A stretch of DNA of 64,000 bases from Candidatus Terraquivivens ruidianensis (GTDB taxonomy: Archaea > Thermoproteota > Nitrososphaeria_A > Caldarchaeales > Wolframiiraptoraceae). Location of the stretch: positions 6,083-70,082 of the forward strand of contig JALNLB010000001.1 of assembly GCA_023267885.1 (NCBI GenBank). Direction: 5' to 3'. Below, one piece after another: positions 17,893 through 28,112 of the stretch (the first letter of the stretch is position 1; each line of letters opens with the position of its first letter). The position numbers and the translations under genes are program-made. Under the pieces are notes generated by a model. It saw only the letters and a list, made by a program, of their open reading frames with translations. It did not search any database and had not been told where the DNA came from.

Positions 17893-18996
17893 TAGTTCTC
17901 CAATCTCGCTTTTGAACCTGTTGTAGCTGAACCTCTCTACTGCTAATGAGAGCTTTTTGGCGAGCGATGGATTCCAATCCTTAAGCCACCTTCTTATTAG
18001 TTCAGCGGCTTCCTCGATGCTTTCGTACATGAACTCGTTCGAGGGCACTATTTCGCGTTGACCACCCTCATTCGGAACGATGGGTATGATACCTGCGGAC
18101 ATCGCTTCAGCTATGGCTATTCCAAAATGCTCGTCCCTAAGCGTGTTAAGATAAACTTTCGCCCTCGACATCAAATCCATCTTCTCCTTTAGCGATATGT
18201 CAACGTGAATATGAACCCTATTCGATACCCCTAATCTTTCGGCCTTAGATTTTATGAGCGCTATGACTTCATGTGCGTACTTCATGGCAGTATTGCCGAC
18301 TATATGGAACTCCGCTTCTGGTACCAGAACGGCCAAATCAGCTATGAGCTCAAGCTTCCTTTCCCATGTGTATCTACCAACGGTCAAGACTATGTTATCC
18401 CTAAATTCGTTGGCTGTAAGCTTGGAGTAAAGCGCCGTATCGACAGGGGGATAAATTACCTGCGAGTCTATGCCGAGCGTCTCCCATATTATTTGTCTGG
18501 AGTACTTGCTATTCGTAAGCACCCTTGTCTTAAGCTTCCTTAACTTCCTATCCGCTAGGTACCTGTAGATTCTGTAATATAGCTTAGCATACATGCTTCT
18601 TGAATATTTTGTGCTAAGTTCGTCCTTTGTCAAGGGGGTGTGTAAGTAAGCTATGTCCAAGTTCCACAGAAGGTTTAAGCCATAGGCATCGAACGTTATG
18701 TCGCAATCCCTCCTCAGCTTTTTAACGAGGGGAGCAGGTAGCAGGTCCCTGTAAAGTTTGAAACCGTTTACGTCTGGCATTATCGTCAACCTTCTTTCTT
18801 CGTCGGGTCTGAAAAGCCATCCTAAGCTTCTCTGGATGGGCTCCCAGTCGGTTGGTCTGGTTGTAGCGAAAATGACTTCGTGTCCCAGCTCCTTTAAGGC
18901 TCTAAGGAGATATACAACGAACACATCCCCACCTCCACCCAAGCCACTTCGCGTAACCGCTATGTTTCTGTACACCAGACCTATCCTCATGCTCAC
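17863..18996 (-). CDS. GT-B glycosyltransferase (GT4 / Glycos_transf_1)
   Basis: 377 aa. The C-terminal motif RDEHFGIAIAEAMSAGIIPIV fits the E-x7-E type motif. Confidence 0.75.
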   Translation of the reverse strand: MSMRIGLVYRNIAVTRSGLGGGGDVFVVYLLRALKELGHEVIFATTRPTDWEPIQRSLGWLFRPDEERRLTIMPDVNGFKLYRDLLPAPLVKKLRRDCDITFDAYGLNLLWNLDIAYLHTPLTKDELSTKYSRSMYAKLYYRIYRYLADRKLRKLKTRVLTNSKYSRQIIWETLGIDSQVIYPPVDTALYSKLTANEFRDNIVLTVGRYTWERKLELIADLAVLVPEAEFHIVGNTAMKYAHEVIALIKSKAERLGVSNRVHIHVDISLKEKMDLMSRAKVYLNTLRDEHFGIAIAEAMSAGIIPIVPNEGGQREIVPSNEFMYESIEEAAELIRRWLKDWNPSLAKKLSLAVERFSYNRFKSEIGELLTTFENPKL

Positions 18997-19000
18997 CCTC

Positions 19001-19795
19001 CTATGCAGCTAGCGCTCCTGCGCCATAAGCTATACTGACCGCTGTCATGAACACAGGTAAAATCGGATGCAATCTAATCTTCGGCAGATTCTTGACAAGT
19101 AAAAGCGGGACTGCGAAGAGTAGTGCACGCTGCTTCCAAGTACTCATGCCGTGAATTTTTCTCGCCCTGACTGACCATTTACCGAAATTGTACTGCTGTC
19201 TTAGTAGTTCTGGCATACTTTCCCTGTGGGCATGGTATACGACCGCCCTCGGTTCAAAGCCTATCTTCCTTCCAGTTCTCAGTATTCTCCACGCCAGCTC
19301 AACATCTTCGGCCATCTGAAGTTCCTCGTTGAACATTCCTACCTCCGTTATAGCATCCTTCTCGTACATTACGTTGCCGCCGCCATAGTGGGGCTTATTG
19401 GCCGTGGCGAGCTCGAGTAACCTTGCTGCCAGCTTGTCCGGGTTAAGGGCCTTTATGCTTCCTGCGACGCCAGCTAAGCTACCCTGCGCGTAGCGCCTCA
19501 TAAGCCAAGCAAGCCAATTTACATCCGCCACAGCGTCCGCGTCTATGAAGGCCACAAGCTCACCGTCGGATTCCCTAACGCCCTTGTTCCTAGCCCTCGA
19601 CCTTCCCACGACCGGTTCGTAAACGACTTTCACACCGAACTCTGCGGCTATCTTCGCTGTCGAATCTGTAGAGCCGTTATCGACAACTATAATTTCCTTA
19701 GGTTTAAACGTCTGACGGAGCAAGGATGAGAGACAACCCGATACGGTTTTCTCGGCATTTCTTACAATGACCACGACGGAGCATGAAGGGTTCAT
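19001..19795 (-). CDS. GT2 glycosyltransferase
   Basis: CSVVVIVRNAEKTV..IIVVDNGSTDST..FIDADA. I place the start at M14 of the track ORF, so the ATG overlaps the upstream TGA in an ATGA arrangement. Confidence 0.75.
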   Translation of the reverse strand: MNPSCSVVVIVRNAEKTVSGCLSSLLRQTFKPKEIIVVDNGSTDSTAKIAAEFGVKVVYEPVVGRSRARNKGVRESDGELVAFIDADAVADVNWLAWLMRRYAQGSLAGVAGSIKALNPDKLAARLLELATANKPHYGGGNVMYEKDAITEVGMFNEELQMAEDVELAWRILRTGRKIGFEPRAVVYHAHRESMPELLRQQYNFGKWSVRARKIHGMSTWKQRALLFAVPLLLVKNLPKIRLHPILPVFMTAVSIAYGAGALAA

Positions 19796-20838
19796 GACTT
19801 TTGGCCAAATATGTTTATGTTTTCCCTGACCCATTTCACAAGTCTTGATACACCTTCAGCAGGTGTGACCTTTGGGCTCCAGCCGAGTTCACGGTTTATT
19901 TTGGATATATCAGATATGTAGACCTTTTGGTCGGCCGGTCTCCAATCGGAGAAGGATACTGAGGGGCTTATACCTGTCATAGACTTTAACATATCTAAGA
20001 GTTCTAAAAGAGATAGCGTATTCTTTGGACCTCCGCCTGTGTTATAAACCCCGTGCCTTAGGTTGCTCCTTAGAAACAGATTAAAGGCATTCACGAGGTC
20101 GCTGACATGTAACACATCCCTAACCTGCTTTCCATCACCATATATGGTTATAGGTCTGCCGGTTAGTGTTGCTATCGTGAACCAAGCAACCCATCCTTGG
20201 TCCTCAACGCCGAACTGCCTCTCACCGTATATGCAACTCATCCTGAAGATTCCCGTTTTCAAACCGTACGTGTGATGATAGTCTTGGCAGTACATGTCGC
20301 CAGCAAGCTTTGAGCAGCCATATGGACTATGTCCGCATCCATCTACCGGAAAGTCCTCGGGTATCCCTGACGCATACTTTACATCCGCGAACGAGTAGCG
20401 TTTATCACCTTCCTTGACCGGTATCTTGTTAACGTTCTCGCCGTATACCTTATTGGTCGAGAGGTAGACAAAGTCTGCGTCATTCTTCCTAGCTATCTCG
20501 AGCATATTAAAAGTTCCGAGAGCATTCACCTCAAAATCTGTCATAGGGTCGCTTACTGACGTGGTGACTGCAACTTGTGCAGCGGCGTGTATTATGACGT
20601 TCACACCACTTACGTTCTTTTCTAGATCTTCCCTTTCCCTTATATCATATCGTAAGAGCTTTATGTTACCGTAACGCCTCAGGTAATTTACGTTAAACAT
20701 AGGGTCGCCGATGAGCTTCCCGAGAAGTGCCGACCTTGAGAGGTTATCGACTACTATGACCTCGTTGCCCATATTCGCATAGAACTCAGCTACATGTGAA
20801 CCTACGAAGCCAGCACCGCCCGTGACCACTACTTTCAT
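19792..20838 (-). CDS. NAD-dependent sugar epimerase/dehydratase (extended SDR, CDP-paratose-2-epimerase-like)
   Basis: 348 aa with MKVVVTGGAGFVGSH, the YGCSK catalytic YxxxK motif, and NLSR..LG after beta-2. Confidence 0.75.
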   Translation of the reverse strand: MKVVVTGGAGFVGSHVAEFYANMGNEVIVVDNLSRSALLGKLIGDPMFNVNYLRRYGNIKLLRYDIREREDLEKNVSGVNVIIHAAAQVAVTTSVSDPMTDFEVNALGTFNMLEIARKNDADFVYLSTNKVYGENVNKIPVKEGDKRYSFADVKYASGIPEDFPVDGCGHSPYGCSKLAGDMYCQDYHHTYGLKTGIFRMSCIYGERQFGVEDQGWVAWFTIATLTGRPITIYGDGKQVRDVLHVSDLVNAFNLFLRSNLRHGVYNTGGGPKNTLSLLELLDMLKSMTGISPSVSFSDWRPADQKVYISDISKINRELGWSPKVTPAEGVSRLVKWVRENINIFGQKS

Positions 20839-20941
20839 ACAAAATTTTTCCGTATACCTTGATTAAATACGTTTGTGTAATCATGCTCTAGAAATTAAAC
20901 ATTTAAATAATATACCGTTTCCCTACGGGTCGTCAAGGACT

Positions 20942-21613
20942 ATGAACAATGCTACTTATGGATTCGACCCTAGCGAGTTTCTTAAAGTATTGATTACCAG
21001 CTTTTTTGAGTGGGCGCCCAGGCTGCTAGTTTTCGTGACCATATTGCTAATCGGTTGGATAATCGGCAGGCTACTTTATTCTGCTGTCTCAAGAATCATC
21101 GGGAAGATGGGATGGGAGCACCATATGCGTAAGACAGCAATCGGGAGGGCAATACTTAGTTCAGGTTACACCGCAGGCACATTTTCAGCTTCTATCATTA
21201 AATGGTTAGTTTACTTCATAGCTATACTATATTCAATCTACGCGCTGGATATTCCAGAACTATCCGCAGGAGTTTCGCAAATATTTACCTATCTTCCGAG
21301 TCTAGTTACTGGCATAATCATTTTAGTTGTGGGGTTGATACTTTCTGATTGGACTGCCGAACTCGTTAAGCAGAGCCAGCCCAAGAGCGAATTATCAACA
21401 TTAGCTTCAGATATTATCAGGGTATTCTTGTATTTCATCGTAATCACGGTGGCGCTTGCGAACCTACGTATTGACATTACAATAATTTACATATTCGTCA
21501 CACCTATAGCATGGAGCGTAGCAATAATACTCGGAATAATCGTTGGCTGGACTTTAAAGGACAGGGTTAAAGAGCTTATTGAGAGGGCGCTGAAGGGAAG
21601 TGGTAGACAATGA
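20942..21613 (+). CDS. TM-helix-repeat membrane protein (MscS-N-terminal-like conserved TM helix family)
   Basis: Start placed at M24 of the track ORF. It contains repeated TM hairpins with RLL/AELVK-type linkers. Its stop overlaps the next gene's ATG by 4 nt. Confidence 0.45.
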   Translation: MNNATYGFDPSEFLKVLITSFFEWAPRLLVFVTILLIGWIIGRLLYSAVSRIIGKMGWEHHMRKTAIGRAILSSGYTAGTFSASIIKWLVYFIAILYSIYALDIPELSAGVSQIFTYLPSLVTGIIILVVGLILSDWTAELVKQSQPKSELSTLASDIIRVFLYFIVITVALANLRIDITIIYIFVTPIAWSVAIILGIIVGWTLKDRVKELIERALKGSGRQ

Positions 21614-22368
21614 GGCTATCTGGGATATTTGCGGATTACGACGGGACACTGGCCCCGAAAAACATAGCACGTAAAGAATCAAAACTTTTGGATGGGGTTG
21701 AGGATAGCATTGGTTATATCAGAGAGCATGGGAAGTTCGCTGTGGTAAGCACGAAAGACTACTGGTTTCTCATAAGCAGGCTACCAAACGTGGATGCTAT
21801 TGGGTGTATAGGCGGAATAGAAGTCGTCATAGAAGACAGGTCTTGGATAAGGAGGGGCGTAGTGCAGAAGCTTAAAGCAATTAGTAAATTACTAGAGGCT
21901 TCGATTCAAATAATTACAGACCCCGATGTCGTTTTTGAAGTAAAGGCTTTAAGGAATAGAAGAGTTGCTGGTTTATGTATCGACTGGCGTTATGGAAAGG
22001 CTCCTGTCGAGCGGTTTTTGAAAAAGATAGGAGAAGTAGCAAGGAGATTTAGGCTTTATGTCGAAGAATACAGATACGAGCCGTTCCTAGACATCTTCCC
22101 AGCTAGACCGGATAAGGGAGTTGCGGTATCTTTCATTAAGGATGTTCTTGGTATAGACGGGCCTATAATGTATATAGGCGATAGTAAAACGGATAATCCA
22201 GCTTTCAAGGCCACTAACATATCCGTGGGCGTAATCCACAATCATGATGCCCCATCTCTGGAATGTCAATATTTTATTAAGTTTGAGAATGTACCAAAAC
22301 TTCTTTCCGAACTTGTTAATCTTGAATTGAATTTTGACCCAAGTCGCCTACCGCTTTGCAGAGTTTAA
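21610..22368 (+). CDS. HAD-IIB phosphatase, trehalose-6-phosphate-phosphatase-like
   Basis: 252 aa with motif I FADYDGTLAP and motif IV YIGDSKTDNPAF (compare GDDxTDExAF in OtsB-type enzymes). Confidence 0.6.
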   Translation: MRLSGIFADYDGTLAPKNIARKESKLLDGVEDSIGYIREHGKFAVVSTKDYWFLISRLPNVDAIGCIGGIEVVIEDRSWIRRGVVQKLKAISKLLEASIQIITDPDVVFEVKALRNRRVAGLCIDWRYGKAPVERFLKKIGEVARRFRLYVEEYRYEPFLDIFPARPDKGVAVSFIKDVLGIDGPIMYIGDSKTDNPAFKATNISVGVIHNHDAPSLECQYFIKFENVPKLLSELVNLELNFDPSRLPLCRV

Positions 22369-22380
22369 GGGTGCAGGATA

Positions 22381-23601
22381 TTGAAGATTGCCGTTTTGAT
22401 GTACCAGACTAGCCTGACTAAGGGCCAAGAGCTTGTCGCTCTTCGAATGACGAAAGAGCTACGTAGGCAAGGAAAGGATGCCTTTCTCTTGTCTACTTTA
22501 TTCCACGATGGAAAACGTGTTCCTTGGTACGAGCAAGTGTTGAAGAGCGTAAGGGGCTATACGGTTAAGGAGGAATTTGGTATTCCTGTGATAAGGATGG
22601 ACGGATATATATCTAGTTGGCCTCCAAGGAGAATCATGCTTAGGGATGCGCAATCAACCTTCAGACACATCGTTGAGGACTTAGGGATAGAGTGTTTCAT
22701 AGCCCATAGCACGCTATGGAATGGCCCGGAGGAACTCGCCCGCTTCAAACTATGGAGTGACATGATGGTCAGGGAGAGGTTAAGGGATAGAAGGCTGATA
22801 GCTTGCTTCATGCCCCACTACCAACCTCCGAGCCCTATACATTACGTACAAATTGAAAGACTGTACAGAGAGGTATGGAATAGCACGGTATTTCCTATAA
22901 TATTCAAGACGGCAGATCTGATACTTTGCACAACGCCCGTTGAGGCTAATCAAATGGTCGAGCTAGGCGCCGATGTTAACAAGTGCCACCTTTATCCTGG
23001 AGGGATTGACGAGGAGATGTTCAATAATCTAGGTAAAGTGGATGTATATTCGAGATTTAACATACCTAAGGACGCTAAGATGATAACTTTCATAGGAACT
23101 GTGGAAAGGCGAAAGAACCCCGCCGCTATAGTCAAAGTTGCTACTAGATTACTCAATAGAAAAGATATAATCTTCATCGTAGCCGGTTCGCCATCCGACC
23201 AAGCCGATATTTTAACTAAAGCTACCCGAGCTCTTTCAAATTTCAGATACGTTGGTGAGGTTAGTGATGATGAGAAGATATCGCTGATAAAAGCGTCGTA
23301 CGCCAACATCATCATGAGTAGGATGGAAGCGCTTGGAATCACACAATTAGAATTCATGTATGCCGGTAAGCCTGTAATCACTTCAGCGGTCGACGGCCAA
23401 CGTTGGCTGGTCAGGGACGGAATCGATGGCATCCATGTTAATGGTCCAGAAGACATAGAGGGCGCGACAAAAGCCGTCTTAAGATTAGTCGACAATGAGG
23501 AACTTGCGAGTGAGATGGGGAAGAATGCGGTAAAAAGGGTTTCAGAATTTACATTAAGTAGGATTACACAAAATTTGATTGAACGTTTAGAAAGTTTGTA
23601 G
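22381..23601 (+). CDS. GT-B glycosyltransferase (GT4)
   Basis: 406 aa with the C-terminal Glycos_transf_1 pattern (SRMEALGITQLEFMYAGKPVITS). The start codon is TTG. Confidence 0.7.
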   Translation: MKIAVLMYQTSLTKGQELVALRMTKELRRQGKDAFLLSTLFHDGKRVPWYEQVLKSVRGYTVKEEFGIPVIRMDGYISSWPPRRIMLRDAQSTFRHIVEDLGIECFIAHSTLWNGPEELARFKLWSDMMVRERLRDRRLIACFMPHYQPPSPIHYVQIERLYREVWNSTVFPIIFKTADLILCTTPVEANQMVELGADVNKCHLYPGGIDEEMFNNLGKVDVYSRFNIPKDAKMITFIGTVERRKNPAAIVKVATRLLNRKDIIFIVAGSPSDQADILTKATRALSNFRYVGEVSDDEKISLIKASYANIIMSRMEALGITQLEFMYAGKPVITSAVDGQRWLVRDGIDGIHVNGPEDIEGATKAVLRLVDNEELASEMGKNAVKRVSEFTLSRITQNLIERLESL

Positions 23602-23686
23602 AGCCATTTATGTTTTGATTTAGCGTAAACGGTTTCGTAAGCTTTAATTATTCAGTAGCGTAGGATGTTCCTTACGGAAGAGGTCT

Positions 23687-24403
23687 ATGCAGAAGGTTTC
23701 TGTCATAATTCCAGCGCATAACGAGGAGGATAACCTAGATGAGGCGGTAACGAGGGTAGACAATTTACTAAGTAGGGCACGTGTTGATGGGGAGATTATA
23801 GTAGTGGACGACAACAGCACGGATAGTACACCGAAGCTGGCAGACTTGCTAGCAGCTAAGATAGGAAGGGTTAGGGTTGTCCACAGGACGGACGGCATGA
23901 AAGGTTTCGGAATGGCGATAAGGTCTGGAATAGAAGCCGCTAGGGGCGATTACGTCGTGCCCTTTATGGCAGACCTCTCGGATGATCCGGAGGACATACT
24001 CAAGTTGCTGCGGAAGGTTAAGGAAGGTTATGATATAGTCATAGGTTCGAGGTTCATCAGCGGAGGAAGGGCGTACGGATATTCTTTCATGAAGCTTATA
24101 GCAAACAGACTCTACAACTTCTTCCTTAGGATGCTCTTTGGTTTAAAATTAAAGGACAGTACTAATGCTTTTAAGCTTTATAACCGAAAGTTGTTATCGA
24201 ACTTGAAGCTTGAGTCCAAAGGTTTTGAGATAAACGCAGAAATAATAATAAAAGCATACCTGATGGGCGCAAAGATTGCCGAGATACCGACAGAATGGAG
24301 AGAAAGAGGTGCTGGTAAATCGAAAATGAAACTCCTGAAAGTTTGGAAGGATTATGGTCTAACCGCAATTAGATTATTTTTACGTCATTTTCTGCAAAGA
24401 TAG
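23687..24403 (+). CDS. GT2, polyprenyl/dolichyl-phosphate sugar synthase (Dpm1-like)
   Basis: 238 aa with VSVIIPAHNEEDNL..IIVVDDNSTDSTPKLA..MADLSDDP..GSRF. Confidence 0.75.
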   Translation: MQKVSVIIPAHNEEDNLDEAVTRVDNLLSRARVDGEIIVVDDNSTDSTPKLADLLAAKIGRVRVVHRTDGMKGFGMAIRSGIEAARGDYVVPFMADLSDDPEDILKLLRKVKEGYDIVIGSRFISGGRAYGYSFMKLIANRLYNFFLRMLFGLKLKDSTNAFKLYNRKLLSNLKLESKGFEINAEIIIKAYLMGAKIAEIPTEWRERGAGKSKMKLLKVWKDYGLTAIRLFLRHFLQR

Positions 24404-24437
24404 CATCTACTAAAACGAAAAATTTTCTAAGTAAATT

Positions 24438-25580
24438 TCATGCTGATGTTAAGCCACGCGTCCGAAGCTCTTCTAATGATTTTTCAAAAAGGTCCATGGC
24501 TGACCATCCATGAAGCTTCCCCCACTCGGCTAACTCTTTGAGGCCGTCGTATAGGTCATGCTCTGCCTTAAAGCCAAGCAACCGCTCAGCATTCGAGGTA
24601 TCTGCATAGCAATGCCTAACGTCGCCTTTTCGAAACTTTCCCGATACGTACGGCTGAACCTTTCCACCTATCAGCTCCGTGAGTAGGTTGGCCACGGACA
24701 GTATGGATTTTGGCTTTCCTGTTCCAACGTTCACGGCCATATAATCGGCACTACTGTTCTCAAGCGCCAAAAGGTTCGCCTTAGCAACATCCTTGACGTG
24801 TATAAAATCCCTTAGCTGTCGGCCATCCTCGAATATGAAGGGTGGCTTTCCGTTTAGTATTCTGCTCACAAATATTGCGCATGCCCCCGTATAAGGATTG
24901 GATAGGGATTGTCTTGGACCGTAGACGTTGAAATAGCGCAAAGCTACAGACGGTATACCGTAAGTCCTTCCAATAAGCAGAACCATCTCCTCTTGATGTC
25001 TCTTACTCATGGCGTAAATCGACGTTGGCATCAAAGGTTTTTCCTCGTCCGTAGGTAAATGTTTTAGGAAATTGCCGCATACATGACACCTATGCTCCCA
25101 AACTCCGGCCGCAAGTTGCTCTTCCAACCTTAACCCAGGAAAGCGCGGCTCGCCACATTCTTCACAGAAATACTTGCCCTCGCCGTAGATGCTCATGGAG
25201 GATGCAACAACGACTTTTTTTACATCATGCTCCTCGTTAACCAACACATCTAACAACAACGATGTGCCCCTTGTATTTGCGTCGACGTAATTCTCGACCT
25301 CGTACATGGATTGACCAACACCGACCGCTGCAGCTAAGTGTATGACGGCCTGACATTCCCGTAGTAATTTGATAAGCAGTTCTCTATCCCTTATATCGCC
25401 CCTAACAAATCGGATACCATCTGGCAGGTAGTCCGGAAATTTTCCATGGTGAACTTGCTCAACTAAGCTATCGAGGATTATCACTTCGTAGTCTCGTTCA
25501 AGGAGGAGGTCTACCGTGTGCGAGCCTATAAAGCCAGCGCCGCCAGTAACGAGGACTCTATCGATACCCCTAGCATTCAT
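24438..25580 (-). CDS. Extended SDR sugar epimerase/dehydratase with an inserted Cys4 zinc-ribbon-like module
   Basis: 380 aa with VLVTGGAGFIGSH and YAMSK (YxxxK). There is an insert of about 35 aa, CEECGEPRFPG...HRCHVCGNF, between the catalytic Ser region and the YxxxK motif. Confidence 0.75.
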   Translation of the reverse strand: MNARGIDRVLVTGGAGFIGSHTVDLLLERDYEVIILDSLVEQVHHGKFPDYLPDGIRFVRGDIRDRELLIKLLRECQAVIHLAAAVGVGQSMYEVENYVDANTRGTSLLLDVLVNEEHDVKKVVVASSMSIYGEGKYFCEECGEPRFPGLRLEEQLAAGVWEHRCHVCGNFLKHLPTDEEKPLMPTSIYAMSKRHQEEMVLLIGRTYGIPSVALRYFNVYGPRQSLSNPYTGACAIFVSRILNGKPPFIFEDGRQLRDFIHVKDVAKANLLALENSSADYMAVNVGTGKPKSILSVANLLTELIGGKVQPYVSGKFRKGDVRHCYADTSNAERLLGFKAEHDLYDGLKELAEWGKLHGWSAMDLFEKSLEELRTRGLTSA

Positions 25581-25694
25581 CGCTCTTGAGCGTAAGTGGC
25601 ATCTATATAAGATATGCGTAGTATAGACAAGGATTAATTAGCAAGCCGCTTTCTTCCAGAGAGAAGAGCGGCCGCAAAACTACGTGAGGAGACG

Positions 25695-27191
25695 ATGGGT
25701 GATAGGATAAGGCTACGGTATACTGGAATTCTGGGCTTCGCCTCCAGATTGTTCAGCATGCTGACTGGGGTGGCATTCGTCGTCATGGTAACGAGGAACG
25801 TGCCCGTGGCCGAGTTCGGTATATGGCAGTACATATCACTCATAACTGGATACTTACTCTTTCCCAATTTTATCGTGGGTGGATGGAGCGGGTGGACCGT
25901 CAGGTTCATAGCTAGAGGGATGCTCGTAGGTAAAACCTCCGTCTTAGTAAGCTTTCTACTATCAATCATCGCATCCATAGCATTCGTTGGTATATCGATT
26001 TGGAGTGTCGACTTTTTCAACACAAGCATAATATACTTTGCCCTGGCAATGCTTAGCATCCCTCCGATATATTTGGCCTCAACGCTCGAGGCCATATTAC
26101 AGGGCTACGAGCCGCACGTGGTTTACTATGGTACAATAATCTTTGAAGTTGTAAAACTTTCGGCAGGCATAATCGCAGTTTTTTATTTTAGGCAGGGTTT
26201 GGTGGGCGTATTAACGGCTATGCTGATCGCATACATTGCCCAAGATGTGTTCTTATTTTTAAGAGCTACGAATATGATGGGCGATAGGGTTGAGTGGAAA
26301 GTTGCGGCCGAATGGCTCAAAACAGGATGGCTTCCAGCCTTTAGGCAGGCACCGGCCACAATTTTGGGTTTGGATATGTTTCTCGTGACTTTATTTCTGG
26401 CATCTTCAGAGCCGATTGCGTTTTGGAGGGCGGCACAAATAATCTACGGTACTATAACCATGGCTAGCGCTCTTGCTTCTGCCATATATCCTAAGTTACT
26501 CAAAGACGGGAGCGGGTTCCATGTAGAGGCTACGCTTAAGCTCGTGCTACTCTTTGCCATGCCTATGACTATTGGGGCTTTGGTGCTCTCTGAGCCGCTC
26601 CTTGGCGTCCTAGGCCAAGAATACATAGCATCCTCTGGGATACTCAGGGTCGGCGCCCTCGTCGCATTCGTGAATCTGCTATCAAGCGTTTTTCATGGCG
26701 TGGCCACTGGTGCGGAAAAAGTGGATATGGATGGAAGATTGAAGGCTAAAGAACTCCTGAAGAGTACGCTTTTTAAAATACCGCTTGTTATGATGTTAGT
26801 TGCTTTCATGTACCTTTTGAGCGTCTGCTTCATAGCCACAATTTTCCAAGGGGAGCAGAATGCTCGGCTCTCGGTGCCGCTATATGCAAACTTTGCAGCC
26901 CTTGTAGCCTACATCGTAGTACTTGTCTACACGTACTGGTCAGCATTAAGAAAGATTAAGTTCAGCTTTCCCGCATCAGCCACCATAAAGTACTTGACGG
27001 GGTGTGCGTTCATGATAGTTTTTCTTTTGGTATTTTATCCTAGCGGGTCTGTAAGAACCATAGCTACTGCGCTTGCTGGAGGCGGCGTGTACTTTGTTGT
27101 TCTTTTACTGATTGACAAAGAGGTCAGACAGCTCTTCATGAGCGGTTTGAATTTCTTAAAGGGCAAGGTAGCTAGGATTTTAAGGCATTAA
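25695..27191 (+). CDS. Wzx/MOP-superfamily polysaccharide (oligosaccharide) flippase
   Basis: 498 aa with about 12-14 TM segments and the typical N-terminal segment (..GILGFASRLFSMLTGVAFVVMVTR). Confidence 0.65.
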   Translation: MGDRIRLRYTGILGFASRLFSMLTGVAFVVMVTRNVPVAEFGIWQYISLITGYLLFPNFIVGGWSGWTVRFIARGMLVGKTSVLVSFLLSIIASIAFVGISIWSVDFFNTSIIYFALAMLSIPPIYLASTLEAILQGYEPHVVYYGTIIFEVVKLSAGIIAVFYFRQGLVGVLTAMLIAYIAQDVFLFLRATNMMGDRVEWKVAAEWLKTGWLPAFRQAPATILGLDMFLVTLFLASSEPIAFWRAAQIIYGTITMASALASAIYPKLLKDGSGFHVEATLKLVLLFAMPMTIGALVLSEPLLGVLGQEYIASSGILRVGALVAFVNLLSSVFHGVATGAEKVDMDGRLKAKELLKSTLFKIPLVMMLVAFMYLLSVCFIATIFQGEQNARLSVPLYANFAALVAYIVVLVYTYWSALRKIKFSFPASATIKYLTGCAFMIVFLLVFYPSGSVRTIATALAGGGVYFVVLLLIDKEVRQLFMSGLNFLKGKVARILRH

Positions 27192-27358
27192 TAGCATAAA
27201 AGTCATCCCAAGAGAAACTTTTTGATAAATGCTGAACGGTAATTCCGCATACAAGCCTTGAAATAAAAGCTTAATCTTAGAGGCTCGAATAATGCCAACA
27301 CTTTGTTTCTGTTTCTAAGGTACACTACCAGCTTCCTACCGAGAATTAAAGCTCTATC

Positions 27359-28111
27359 CTAGGGCATCCTCCTAGCTATAAAGCGCATGACCACTATTAG
27401 AGCTACTCCCAATATGTGGACTGGGTTTGCCAGTAACTCCCTAAGGATTCTCTTTCTGTGGAATTGGGTTCTTACCAACTTCTGGTAGGTTTCGCGGCCA
27501 TAGGCTTGCCTAAGCATCCTGAAGGCTTTTCTTGATAGCAGTGTTTTCCTCAGCGTATCGGTTACGGTTACCCTCTCGTCGTGGGCTAGGCTTCCGGTCT
27601 CTATGGCCGATACTTTGTAACCAGCATTCAGGGCCCTTAGCCGTATCTCTATGTCGTCGCAAAGCCTGTATCTCGGGTCAAACAGCCCTATCTTTTTGAG
27701 TACTTCACGTTTGAAGAACATGGTTTTGTAAGTGCTTTCTCTGATGATAGCTATGCATTTTGCTAGGTACTCGTTTGGCACGCTCTTAGTAACGGGTACG
27801 GCAATTATGTCGTAGCCCTGCCTTGCTTTTTTCACACACTCTTCAACGACCGTTGAGCTTATGTACTCATCCTCATCAAGAAAGTAAACGTACTCGCCCT
27901 CGCTTGCGACGAAGCCGACGTTCCTCTTCTCTGCCGGAAGGCCTCTAAACTCTACGAGTATCGTCTCAATCCTTGGATAAGTCTGGGCTCTAATAGCTCC
28001 TAAGCAGTTTGCCAGCTTATTTCTATCATGCACAGGAATTATTATAGATACAAGTTCAGGCACATACAGATGCTCTTCATCGGTCACTCGGAATTCGTTT
28101 GTTGTACACAT
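27359..28111 (-). CDS. GT2 glycosyltransferase
   Basis: 250 aa with VSIIIPVHDR...YFLDEDE. Confidence 0.7.
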   Translation of the reverse strand: MCTTNEFRVTDEEHLYVPELVSIIIPVHDRNKLANCLGAIRAQTYPRIETILVEFRGLPAEKRNVGFVASEGEYVYFLDEDEYISSTVVEECVKKARQGYDIIAVPVTKSVPNEYLAKCIAIIRESTYKTMFFKREVLKKIGLFDPRYRLCDDIEIRLRALNAGYKVSAIETGSLAHDERVTVTDTLRKTLLSRKAFRMLRQAYGRETYQKLVRTQFHRKRILRELLANPVHILGVALIVVMRFIARRMP

Positions 28112-28112
28112 G

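Noticed and set aside
22992-23495. Long antisense ORFs inside well-supported genes: 22992-23495, 45781-46356, 36351-37013, 34384-34842, 56791-57252, 8754-9116 and 25634-26095.
   Set aside because: Each lies entirely opposite a gene with clear family motifs. Their products are Ser/Leu/Pro/Thr-rich and have no motifs. They are shadow ORFs.
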